From the IMG/VR virus record IMGVR_UViG_3300036715_001783, positions 16,695 through 80,694 of that record: 64,000 nt of DNA. The stretch is one strand, 5' to 3'. This document shows positions 18,849-28,065 of this stretch, one piece after another (position 1 is the first letter of the stretch; the number at the start of each line of letters is the position of its first letter). Below the pieces are notes generated by a model that saw only the letters and a program-made list of their open reading frames with translations, searched no databases and was not told where the DNA came from. Made by a program: the position numbers and the translations under genes. The DNA is from a virus.

Positions 18849-19342
18849 TGTACCTCCCCAAATCCAGAAAGTATAATCCGTCATATGAAGATATTCACAC
18901 AGCTTGTTGGAGTATTGCATATCAATGTAAAATGATGGGGTTAGATTTACAAGGGATAGTTGGGGTAGCAAGAGGGGGGTTAGTGCCAGGAGTACTAATC
19001 TCTCACATGTTACAATTACCCTTTTTCCCCATATCATATTCATCAAAAAAGGGGGTAGGAGATGATAGAAATCATGCAAATGATTTACCTGTAGTCCCAT
19101 TTAGCAATTTTTTGATTGTAGAAGACATTATTGATAGTGGACATACTATGGCAGAAATTGCTATACATTATACCAACACCCAATGTCAGCATGGTGAGAA
19201 GATTTATACAGCTTGTTTATATTACAAGGACAATCCTCACATCTATCCTGATTTAAATTGGTTAACAATTGATGTGGACTCACCATTTGTCAACTTTCCC
19301 TGGGAAAATGCACAATTGGGTAATATACCATGTATAACATAG
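18848..19342 (+). CDS. purine phosphoribosyltransferase (Gpt-like)
   Basis: VARGGLVP, LIVEDIIDSGHT, FPWE. Confidence 0.88.
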   Translation: MYLPKSRKYNPSYEDIHTACWSIAYQCKMMGLDLQGIVGVARGGLVPGVLISHMLQLPFFPISYSSKKGVGDDRNHANDLPVVPFSNFLIVEDIIDSGHTMAEIAIHYTNTQCQHGEKIYTACLYYKDNPHIYPDLNWLTIDVDSPFVNFPWENAQLGNIPCIT

Positions 19343-19533
19343 TTAATGTAATATGGGATTTGGTCCGTGGCAAAATTGAATTTGTAAGTTCAGTTGAAGC
19401 CACAGACCGAATGGATATATGCAAAGGGTGTGAAGTTCGAAATAAAAGGCTTAATATTTGCACAGCGTGTGGGTGTTATCTCCCGTTCAAAACTAAACTC
19501 ACGAAAGCTGAATGTCCAATGCAACTATGGTAA
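19330..19533 (+). CDS. small Cys-rich protein
   Basis: R..IC..C...C..CGC....K......CP...W. Confidence 0.7.
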   Translation: MYNIVNVIWDLVRGKIEFVSSVEATDRMDICKGCEVRNKRLNICTACGCYLPFKTKLTKAECPMQLW

Positions 19534-19593
19534 TTGTTGATTAAAATACACATTTAACGTAAAATATCATTTTATATTAAGGAGAATAATAAT

Positions 19594-20142
19594 ATGATAG
19601 AATTTCCATTTATGTCATGGAATGATATGTTTGCGTTAATGGATCATCACCGGTTAACTGATGAACAATCTTGTTTAGTGTTTAATGTAACACTATCTAA
19701 GTTGAATATGGCGAAGCAATTGAGATCAGTGGGAACATTTGCTCCCACTTATCCATTTGATTATACTGTATATCAAGAGTTAATGGTAGAGGCTATTGCA
19801 TATGCTGATAAACAACTAACTACACAACAAACTGTCGTCCAACTACCAAGTACAACAAAAGAATTACCATTAACTGCAACACGAAAGGTTAAGGTAAAAG
19901 TTCCAAAGAAACGAGGAAGACAGAGTAATAGAATTGTAACTGCATTATTTGCTGTACCAAATGAACCTACTCCTATTGAACAATTTGCGATACAGCAAGA
20001 AGTATCTATTGCAGTCCTTCGCCAGTCTACCCGTTTTATGGAACATTTGTCACCAGAAGATGTCCAGAAAATTGGAAAAATACAAATCAAAAAAGTAAAA
20101 CCACATAACCAATTAATGATATGGAGAGAAGACCTACCGTGA
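19594..20142 (+). CDS. hypothetical, possible DNA-binding protein
   Basis: PKKRGR motif; AAGGAG RBS. Confidence 0.65.
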   Translation: MIEFPFMSWNDMFALMDHHRLTDEQSCLVFNVTLSKLNMAKQLRSVGTFAPTYPFDYTVYQELMVEAIAYADKQLTTQQTVVQLPSTTKELPLTATRKVKVKVPKKRGRQSNRIVTALFAVPNEPTPIEQFAIQQEVSIAVLRQSTRFMEHLSPEDVQKIGKIQIKKVKPHNQLMIWREDLP

Positions 20143-20247
20143 AAACTAATTTAAACTTCAAAATTGGCGTATTCCGAGTGGAAATCTTACCAAAATTTAA
20201 AATAGTTTTTCAATACAGAAAAACTCTAACAAAACGGAGACAATAAA

Positions 20248-20505
20248 GTGCCAAAATATAAAGATTTAGATACCACATTTGATGGCAAGTGTACTATATC
20301 CATAATGGGTAAACCATTTACGATTAGAATATTAGGTCAAAAATTTGACATTGGCCGTAATGTTAATGGAATTGCTTGGGAAGCATTAAATGCAGACGGA
20401 AAAAAGGATAAGTCACTTCAATATATTTTGATGGAAGATTATCGAGATGAAGTCGAAGAACAACTGCAAGCACATATAGATAAGCGTGAATCTTATCTTG
20501 ACTAA
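20248..20505 (+). CDS. hypothetical protein
   Basis: GGAG RBS, GTG start. Confidence 0.6.
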   Translation: MPKYKDLDTTFDGKCTISIMGKPFTIRILGQKFDIGRNVNGIAWEALNADGKKDKSLQYILMEDYRDEVEEQLQAHIDKRESYLD

Positions 20506-20519
20506 TTAAGGAAAAACAA

Positions 20520-21413
20520 ATGGCAAAATATTCATGGAGTGAAGTATTCACTTCAATCGAAGGAGAAGGAATCTGGTCCGGAACACCCACAGTTTATGTT
20601 AGATTTACTGGGTGTAATTTTACTTGTAGTGGTTTTAATAACCCTGAGAATGTAGATACCACCACAATTGAAACTTTAGGGTTTGATCCAAAAGATTACA
20701 CTAACATTTATGACATCCCTGTGATATCTAAGGGTTGTGATAGCATATATAGTTGGGACAATAAGTTTAAACATATGTGGGAAACTGGTGACGAAAATCA
20801 GTTAGCTGGAGCTATAATGGCACACGTTCCACGTGGTTCATGGCAACATCCTGTAACAGGGCAGCCTGTTATATTAAGTTTGACCGGAGGGGAACCCACA
20901 TTACGAGCTAAACACCTATTAACAATATTGAATCACCCCGACCTTGTTGGCTTGACAAAATTGTTAATTGAAACAAATTGTTCAGTGCCATTAACAAGAG
21001 AGTTTATTGATGGTTTATATGCTTGGGGGCAACAACGTCCAGATAGACAAGTAATTTGGAGTAATAGTCCAAAATTATCTGTTAGTGGTGAGCCTTGGGA
21101 AAAGGCTATTAGACCAGATATTGCATTACAACAAACTACTTATATGTTTTGTAGAGATGCAAATATACAACAATATTTTAAGTTTGTTTGTGGTCCATCA
21201 TCAGAAGATTTTGATGAGGTGGATAGAGCAATGGAACAATATTATGCAGGTCATGTGTGTAAGGGTGTAGGTGTGTATATCATGCCTGTAGCATGTCAAC
21301 AGTTAGATCAAACAGAAATTTCAGCACAAGTTGCTCGTATGTGTATAGAACGTGGGTATACATATTGCCATCGAGTCCATCTGGACGTGTTTGGTAACGC
21401 TGTAGGAACCTAA
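20520..21413 (+). CDS. queE: 7-carboxy-7-deazaguanine synthase (radical SAM)
   Basis: EVF.SIEGEG...G.P.V.VRF.GCN..C, CDS, LTGGEP, ETN, SPKL, R.H. Confidence 0.88.
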   Translation: MAKYSWSEVFTSIEGEGIWSGTPTVYVRFTGCNFTCSGFNNPENVDTTTIETLGFDPKDYTNIYDIPVISKGCDSIYSWDNKFKHMWETGDENQLAGAIMAHVPRGSWQHPVTGQPVILSLTGGEPTLRAKHLLTILNHPDLVGLTKLLIETNCSVPLTREFIDGLYAWGQQRPDRQVIWSNSPKLSVSGEPWEKAIRPDIALQQTTYMFCRDANIQQYFKFVCGPSSEDFDEVDRAMEQYYAGHVCKGVGVYIMPVACQQLDQTEISAQVARMCIERGYTYCHRVHLDVFGNAVGT

Positions 21414-21468
21414 ACATACTTTGTATTGGTGTGCATAAATACAAGCAACAGGCATTTAACTATAAATT

Positions 21469-22311
21469 ATGAAATTTATTATATATAAACACACCAATAC
21501 AATAACAAAAAAATCATATATTGGTTATACCAGTAGTACTTTAGAAAAGCGTTTAAATAGACATTTTCAAGACGCAAAAAGAGGTTCTAATCAATATTTT
21601 CACCGTGCTATCAGAAAATATGGACAAGATTGTTGGATAAGTGAAATACTTGCTGAATGTGAAATAATTCAGCAAGCTCATAAATTAGAATGTTCGTTGA
21701 TATTAGAACACAACACTTTTGGAATAAATGGATATAACATGACTATTGGTGGGGAAGGTACAACTGGTAGAATAGTATCTGAGGAAAGTAGACAAAGGTT
21801 AAGAGCCCAGCATCTTAATTTTAGACATACAACCAAAAGTAAACAAACCATGGTTGAAAAATTTACTATATTAAGAGGACGAAAAGTAAATCAATATACC
21901 AAATCTGGACAATATATTGCTACATATGATTCATGCACACAAGCAGCTCAACAAGTATTAAATAATAAAAACTTGAGTGGTAGCATACACCAATTATGTG
22001 CTGGAACTTTTTCTAATTGGAATCAGGAATTGGTTAAGGGATTTCAGTGGAAATTTGATAACCTAGACAATCGCACAGATGTATCTCCGATTGTCGGGTT
22101 AAAGGATACTCATATAAAAAATCTGGTCAAGCGCAATAGCCAACAGGCCAAAAAAGTACAACAATTATCAACAAACGATGAATTGATATCCAGTTATACA
22201 AGCGCAAAAGAGGCCAGCCTACTTACAGGGATATACATATCAGGCATACAACGATGTTGTATAGGAAGATTATTAACAGCTGGTGGATATAAATGGGCCT
22301 ATATCAATTAA
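21469..22311 (+). CDS. GIY-YIG homing endonuclease with NUMOD domains
   Basis: IIY..TN....K.YIG, GYN...GG, NUMOD1 repeats, AGGYKW. Confidence 0.85.
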   Translation: MKFIIYKHTNTITKKSYIGYTSSTLEKRLNRHFQDAKRGSNQYFHRAIRKYGQDCWISEILAECEIIQQAHKLECSLILEHNTFGINGYNMTIGGEGTTGRIVSEESRQRLRAQHLNFRHTTKSKQTMVEKFTILRGRKVNQYTKSGQYIATYDSCTQAAQQVLNNKNLSGSIHQLCAGTFSNWNQELVKGFQWKFDNLDNRTDVSPIVGLKDTHIKNLVKRNSQQAKKVQQLSTNDELISSYTSAKEASLLTGIYISGIQRCCIGRLLTAGGYKWAYIN

Positions 22312-22332
22312 CAATTACCAAGGAGAAATAAA

Positions 22333-22782
22333 ATGATGGATTTACCACAACCACACGACCACAAAATTTTGATTTATAGAGCTGGTCTAGTTCCATATAT
22401 CATTGAAAGCGGTAAGATATTAATGATGTTTATGAAACCGTCTGATCCTGCGTTTGGAGGAGATGAGTTTCAAATAGCTAAGGGTAAAGTTGAGGACGAA
22501 GATGATAGTTTTCAAGACGCTGCGCTCAGAGAAGCTAAAGAGGAAATTGGGCTATTTGAAGGAAATGTTATCAAAACCGAAGAAGTTGGAACATTTATGG
22601 GGCGAACTACTGTATTTGTATCAAAAGTGAAAAACAAAGATATGTTTGGGATGCCTTCATTTGAAACTGGGGATGTTAGTTGGATGACTCCAGAACAATT
22701 TCAATTGGATGGTAGAATTCTTCACCGTCCTGTGATTGCTGCTGTTGTTCGTAAAATCAAACAAATGGAAGGTATGGAGTAA
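22333..22782 (+). CDS. NUDIX hydrolase
   Basis: KG.VE......AALREAKEEIG Nudix box. Confidence 0.88.
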   Translation: MMDLPQPHDHKILIYRAGLVPYIIESGKILMMFMKPSDPAFGGDEFQIAKGKVEDEDDSFQDAALREAKEEIGLFEGNVIKTEEVGTFMGRTTVFVSKVKNKDMFGMPSFETGDVSWMTPEQFQLDGRILHRPVIAAVVRKIKQMEGME

Positions 22783-22783
22783 C

Positions 22784-23074
22784 ATGAAACATCGAATAGT
22801 AACACATTTTACTGCTCCGTTAGACCAACCTAATATTGTACAACAAAACTTAGCTGGTAATATTATTGAAGCAGATAATGTATCCATACAATTTGTTGAT
22901 GATGTACACACCAGGTATTCAGAAAATAATGGAAACATTGTTGGATTAAATATCAATGCTCCTGTGTGTTTAACTGGAAAACTAGTTAAGTGGTTAAACT
23001 ATACTGGAGACCCAACCACAATAGATCAAGAAGCTACAAATTATGAGTATTTTGAAATGGTTAAATTATCTTAA
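22784..23074 (+). CDS. hypothetical protein
   Basis: GGAG RBS; ATG after NUDIX stop. Confidence 0.55.
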   Translation: MKHRIVTHFTAPLDQPNIVQQNLAGNIIEADNVSIQFVDDVHTRYSENNGNIVGLNINAPVCLTGKLVKWLNYTGDPTTIDQEATNYEYFEMVKLS

Positions 23075-23077
23075 TTT

Positions 23078-23386
23078 ATGAAAAAATTAATATTAGTATT
23101 GTTGTGGCTATGTTCTACGGCTGTGTTTGCCCATGGTAGTAGTCATGTATATCATTTTACAGCTGGCAAGGATAATATAGGAAATAGTTACTTGCATTGT
23201 AAAGATATTTACATTGCAGAAGTTGATTTGTTGTACTTAACTTGGAGTTATCCAACCCCACATGATTATAAGATACAACCTTATAAAGTGGCTTCACATC
23301 AATTATCTAGGCTACAATCAGATTTTGATGATACCAATTGTCAAACATACAACACCCCAAAATATGACTTAAACCAATATCAATAA
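23078..23386 (+). CDS. secreted hypothetical protein
   Basis: Signal peptide MKK...AVFA. Confidence 0.65.
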   Translation: MKKLILVLLWLCSTAVFAHGSSHVYHFTAGKDNIGNSYLHCKDIYIAEVDLLYLTWSYPTPHDYKIQPYKVASHQLSRLQSDFDDTNCQTYNTPKYDLNQYQ

Positions 23387-23509
23387 AACGGAATTTACTA
23401 AACATATACCCAGCATTGGCTACAGTTAATGTTGGGATTTCAAATAAATGGGGCAGTTATTTGAAACTTTTATAAATATATGTTTAGAAACAATTAAAAG
23501 GAGATTTAC

Positions 23510-24355
23510 ATGAGTAACCCATGGGATTTAGAACATTTACGCAAAATTGCTGGTATTCCAGAAACCACACAATCAGTCCGTGCCTTACACGAAAGTTGGG
23601 ACGATGGTGATGATGACGATGAAGATGAAGACGTAAAGCATGCTGACGATGAAGCAAAAAAACGTAAGATCAAATTACCAAGTGCTGGTAAGGTTGATCC
23701 AGATAAAGACCTGCACGATTTAGCAGCAAGTAAACAAAAAGCAAAAGCGAAAGTAGAAGAAGATAAGCCAAAACCAAGAGCTGGTGGAGTTGCTGATTTG
23801 GCTGCCCGCCAATCAAACACTGCTGAGTTTGAAAAAAAGCAACAAGCTAAAAAAGAAGCGGAAAAGGCAGCAGCAGCTGAAAAAAAGAAAAACGTGGATC
23901 CTGATGCACCAAAGAAAAAAAGAGGCAAAGCAGAAAGTGAAACTTCTAAATCTGGACAATTGCGTGCATTTATCCAACGTCATATTGATGATGGCCAAGA
24001 CGCAAAGCAATTAAGAAAAGCAGCTTGGAAATGGGCTTCAGAAGAATGTGAACCACCTTTCACCCCAGCTGGTTTTAGTACTATCTTTCAAAGTATCAAA
24101 TCAAAAAATGCAAAAAAACTTGCTGATAATGCAGAAGCAGCTAACGAGTGTTGGATTCTACGTCACCCTGCAATCCCTTCCTTTATTTTGAAAGAAGACA
24201 CTGCAATGGGTATGTATCAATGGATTTCAGACAATGATGTAATGGGTGAGCCATTAGTATTTGAATCAGAAGCAGAAGCATTACAAGTTGCAAATTATTT
24301 AAAACAATTTAAAAACCAAAATGTTGATGTGGAATGGGTTGATTTAGATTACTAA
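23510..24355 (+). CDS. late, charged protein (possible internal head protein)
   Basis: TATAAATA promoter; LRKIAGI and LHE motifs. Confidence 0.7.
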   Translation: MSNPWDLEHLRKIAGIPETTQSVRALHESWDDGDDDDEDEDVKHADDEAKKRKIKLPSAGKVDPDKDLHDLAASKQKAKAKVEEDKPKPRAGGVADLAARQSNTAEFEKKQQAKKEAEKAAAAEKKKNVDPDAPKKKRGKAESETSKSGQLRAFIQRHIDDGQDAKQLRKAAWKWASEECEPPFTPAGFSTIFQSIKSKNAKKLADNAEAANECWILRHPAIPSFILKEDTAMGMYQWISDNDVMGEPLVFESEAEALQVANYLKQFKNQNVDVEWVDLDY

Positions 24356-24370
24356 ACAACACCAGTCTCC

Positions 24371-24410
24371 AAAAAATCCCTATCATAGAAATATGGTAGG
24401 GATTTTTTTT
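24371..24410 (+). terminator. intrinsic terminator
   Basis: ATCCCTATCAT/ATGGTAGGGAT stem + T run. Confidence 0.75.
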
Positions 24411-24448
24411 GTTTATAAATACCAAGAATCATTTTATGTGGAGATTTT

Positions 24449-24946
24449 ATGAATATATTTTTATTACTTGGTCTATTAATCGCTATCCCAGCATCCGCTG
24501 ATATATCCCCTCCTATTTTACCTAGTCCGTTACTTACTCCTGGTGCTACTTATACATCTGATGCTACAGTCGCATGTAACACTAATACCGGAGGTGAATC
24601 TGATAGTATTAGATCTGTATCGGATAAAGTTAGACAGTCAGTATTTGCTGCATATAGTATACCAGCGGGAAACAAAACGGGATATTGTGAAGACAAGGGA
24701 TGTGAATTGGACCATTTAATTAGTTTGAAATTAGGTGGTAGCAACGATGAAAAAAACTTATGGCCCCAAAGCTATGCTGGTACAAAGAATGCTATTATGA
24801 AGGACAATTTGGAAAAAAGGTTGATTGCTAGAGTGTGTAGAACTTCCAAATTGCATCCAGTACGCCTAAGTTTGAAAGAAGCGCAACATGCAATTGCCAC
24901 TGATTGGGTAAAAGCATACAAAACGTATGTAACAAATAATCAGTAG
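24449..24946 (+). CDS. secreted HNH-type nuclease
   Basis: Signal peptide; LTPGA, ELDHLISL.LGG....NLWP, KD.LE. Confidence 0.75.
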   Translation: MNIFLLLGLLIAIPASADISPPILPSPLLTPGATYTSDATVACNTNTGGESDSIRSVSDKVRQSVFAAYSIPAGNKTGYCEDKGCELDHLISLKLGGSNDEKNLWPQSYAGTKNAIMKDNLEKRLIARVCRTSKLHPVRLSLKEAQHAIATDWVKAYKTYVTNNQ

Positions 24947-25015
24947 AGTTGTTTTATTATCAAAATTATTGTATAATATTATTATTATTATTATTATCAA
25001 CAAGGAGAGTATAAT

Positions 25016-25681
25016 ATGGCAACACACAAAATATCAAAGAGTATGAATTTTTCTTACGGACATCGGGTATACACCCAAAACTTAATTGAAGAATTTAGTT
25101 GCGATACCTCGTGTAAATGTAAATATTTACATGGACATAACGCAGACGTAACGGTGTATTTCGAAGCTGAGGAATTGGTACGAGGGTTTGTAACAGATTT
25201 TAAACATGCAAATTGGATCAATAAATTTTTGGACACTTATGTTGACCATAGATTTATTTTAGGGTTAGAAGACCCATGGTTTAATAAAATCATCAATGGA
25301 CACATTGTTGGGCAGATGGAATTGTTGAATGGTATTCCAACAGGGAAATTTACTAAAATGGAATCTTTACAGCTTCCACGAGAAAACGGTGAGAATAGAT
25401 ATATTCCATTGCTGCCTGTATATATTCCTGAGACGGACGTAATAGTAGCACATATTCTTGATGTGAATGCATCGTGTGGGTTAGGTAAAGAAATTTTCCT
25501 AGATGGACCTGAAAAAGAATTTTATGAAGGGTTTATTTTAGTTGATTTTGTTCCAACTAGTGAATATTTATCCAAATGGATATATGATTTAGTTACTGTG
25601 AAAATGGCAAAAATTGGAATTACCGTATCACAAGTTGATTTCAGTGAGACCCCAAAAACATTAGCATCATACATTGGGTAG
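25016..25681 (+). CDS. queD: 6-carboxy-5,6,7,8-tetrahydropterin synthase
   Basis: GHRV, C..LHGHN, DF, DH, PTSE, ET. Confidence 0.88.
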   Translation: MATHKISKSMNFSYGHRVYTQNLIEEFSCDTSCKCKYLHGHNADVTVYFEAEELVRGFVTDFKHANWINKFLDTYVDHRFILGLEDPWFNKIINGHIVGQMELLNGIPTGKFTKMESLQLPRENGENRYIPLLPVYIPETDVIVAHILDVNASCGLGKEIFLDGPEKEFYEGFILVDFVPTSEYLSKWIYDLVTVKMAKIGITVSQVDFSETPKTLASYIG

Positions 25682-25700
25682 AGTTAATTAACCAGTACAT

Positions 25701-25727
25701 AAAAAGGAGCATTCATGCTCCTTTTTT
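25701..25727 (+). terminator. intrinsic terminator
   Basis: AAAAAGGAGCA/TGCTCCTTTTT. Confidence 0.75.
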
Positions 25728-25790
25728 GTATCTAATAGTTTTAAATCTTGAAGCATAAATATAGTATAATTATATTCAGGAGAATACCAA

Positions 25791-26909
25791 ATGTCATTTA
25801 AGTTACTAACAGAAGCAATTCATGAAGCTCGTTTTGATGGGCAAACAAAACAATCCGTTAAGGTACTAGAAAAAGCTATAGGAAAAGATAAGGCCCGCCG
25901 CATAGTGGAAGGATATCAGATCTCACCTAAAGATTACAAAAAATGGTTAGGTGTGGTTAAGGGGTATGCACAAAGTGAAGGAATTAGATTGAGCACAAAA
26001 GCTGCTTTTGTTGAAGTTGCACACGCTGTACTCGAAAATGATCCAGCTCCAATTGATGTATCCATGCAAGATGCTATTGCTGAAACTTTATGGGCTCATT
26101 TTAAAGCTGAACAACAACACTCAAAAGTACAAAAAATTACCAGAGCACATGAGGAAGAAGAACAACTATCATATGCACTTAAACAGATGCGTGGTGGATG
26201 TGAGGAAGAGGAAGAGGAAGATTACCAATCAGATGACTTTGACGATATCGATAATGACGAAGAAGATTTTGATGACATTGGAGATGACGAAACTGATTTT
26301 GGTGGTAGTGGATTTGATGATGACCTTGATGATTTCGAAGACGATGATTTCGAAGACGATGATTTCGAAGACGATGATTTCGAAGACGATGACCAATTTA
26401 GTGACGAAGGCGAATTTGAGGACGATGATGAATTTGAAATAGAAGATGAAGAGGCTTCTAGTCCATTTACATATGGACAATTAGTTCAATATAAAAAGGA
26501 CAACGGAACGTATAAAGTTGAAATCCCTGATGGTCCTGGAGATAATGTTGGTATTATGATGGGGAGCCGTATTAGAATGATTCCTAGTAAAGATTTGATT
26601 GTTCCAAAAGCTGACGAAGATGAAGAGGTAAATCAATTTACTAGTGAACGTCCAAAAATTTCTGGACTGTCTGATATTTTATCCGGTGCAAATTCTCAAC
26701 AACATTTAAAACAGTTACAAAATGAAATTGAAACTACTGCAGCCAATGCTTGGACAAAACATCATGCTAAGTTGCCACCAAACCCACACCCAAGAGGTAG
26801 TTTAGCTGCAAAAGCCTGGGAACGTGGTATTAAAAAAGCTGCATCTGAAGTTTGGGCTCCGAAACCAGTTGTTGACCCAAAACTGAAACCAAAACCTAAG
26901 AAAAAATAA
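25791..26909 (+). CDS. late acidic protein (possible head core/internal protein)
   Basis: CATAAATA promoter; MSFKLLTEAIHE; long D/E tract. Confidence 0.7.
   Translation: MSFKLLTEAIHEARFDGQTKQSVKVLEKAIGKDKARRIVEGYQISPKDYKKWLGVVKGYAQSEGIRLSTKAAFVEVAHAVLENDPAPIDVSMQDAIAETLWAHFKAEQQHSKVQKITRAHEEEEQLSYALKQMRGGCEEEEEEDYQSDDFDDIDNDEEDFDDIGDDETDFGGSGFDDDLDDFEDDDFEDDDFEDDDFEDDDQFSDEGEFEDDDEFEIEDEEASSPFTYGQLVQYKKDNGTYKVEIPDGPGDNVGIMMGSRIRMIPSKDLIVPKADEDEEVNQFTSERPKISGLSDILSGANSQQHLKQLQNEIETTAANAWTKHHAKLPPNPHPRGSLAAKAWERGIKKAASEVWAPKPVVDPKLKPKPKKK
26328..26387 (+). repeat. 15-bp tandem repeat x4 (DDFED)
   Basis: GATGATTTCGAAGAC x4. Confidence 0.9.
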
Positions 26910-27349
26910 TTACCATTATCTCCCCCCACCATAATATACTAACCAACAGATACTTAATAATATTGTTGGTTGGTATTATCCACCCCCACCCCCACCAAGC
27001 ATACCCACCACTTTTTATATTATAGTACCAGTTCATGGACAGAACTGGTTTGGGTGTGGTGTATTTTATTAGCCATATAGACCCGGTTCAGGTTGGACTG
27101 GATAGGTCATGTCAATCGTTGCACCAGCTCAAATTGTATCCACTTTAAAAATTTTGAATTCCGTTTTCCAAAAATCAACCGATAAGTCAAATAGGGAACA
27201 TTTTTTGTCCCCATTGACTTTATACTTCATTCGTGTATAATATGATTTTTCCATCAACAAATATATGAGAGAATATAACCATGGAATCAGTTGAGATTTT
27301 ACCTATTGAAGATGTATTGACAGTGTACCAAACTTGTAAACAAGGATAA

Positions 27350-27976
27350 ATGTTTGATGCTGGGGGCCATAGTTTCCGAGTCACTAAGCTACTTGCGGTT
27401 ATTAGAAGAAATGGTATTACCTGTGCTGGATGTAATGCATCTGCACTATTTTTCACCACTGTTGACCAAAAACATCTTGCTAACAACATGGATGTAGGGT
27501 TAGCTTTGGTGTTTGAGCATACTGATCACGATAGTTCATATGTAGTAATGACAAAAGACCATATTATTCCAAGAGCTATAGGTGGTCCAAACAGTATGGT
27601 TAACTTACAGCCAATGTGTAGTAAGTGTAACACCGATAAAGGACATGGATTTGATATTACCAATGTTCCCGATGCAGTTGCTCATTTACTTGATGACGAT
27701 GGCAATGTTAAGCCTCAAGTAACATCAACATCCAGTCACCCAAGTGCATTACAAATTATATTTTATAAGGGATATATTAGATGGTATACACAAGCGTGCC
27801 ACCCAAATACTACATTACATGGGTGGAACACAACGGTAAAACTCAACATAACAAAAAGACTCAAGGCAACGACCACAGACTTTAGCTCTGTGTTGTTTGA
27901 ACTGGCATTTAAACAATTACGCTACCAAATAGTCAATCAGACAAAAAAGCTAGACAACCAAAAACACACAACCTGA
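27350..27976 (+). CDS. HNH endonuclease
   Basis: CxxC, TKDHIIPR..GG.....NLQPMC..CN..K; in-frame upstream ATG 27281 separated by a TAA. Confidence 0.75.
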   Translation: MFDAGGHSFRVTKLLAVIRRNGITCAGCNASALFFTTVDQKHLANNMDVGLALVFEHTDHDSSYVVMTKDHIIPRAIGGPNSMVNLQPMCSKCNTDKGHGFDITNVPDAVAHLLDDDGNVKPQVTSTSSHPSALQIIFYKGYIRWYTQACHPNTTLHGWNTTVKLNITKRLKATTTDFSSVLFELAFKQLRYQIVNQTKKLDNQKHTT

Positions 27977-28065
27977 AACCAGCCAAGTGGTTTAAGTACA
28001 ATTGAGTTGATTAATATTCAATTTGAAGTATAATAATGAAATATTCAATAACAAAGGAGTAATAT

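Noticed and set aside
26008-26480. Alternative-frame ORFs with MISKT / IIVFE repeats
   Set aside because: Shadows of the 15-bp repeat in the acidic protein gene
27281-27352. Programmed readthrough of TAA into the HNH gene
   Set aside because: A single case, better explained by a nonsense mutation or restart at ATG 27350, which has its own AAGGA
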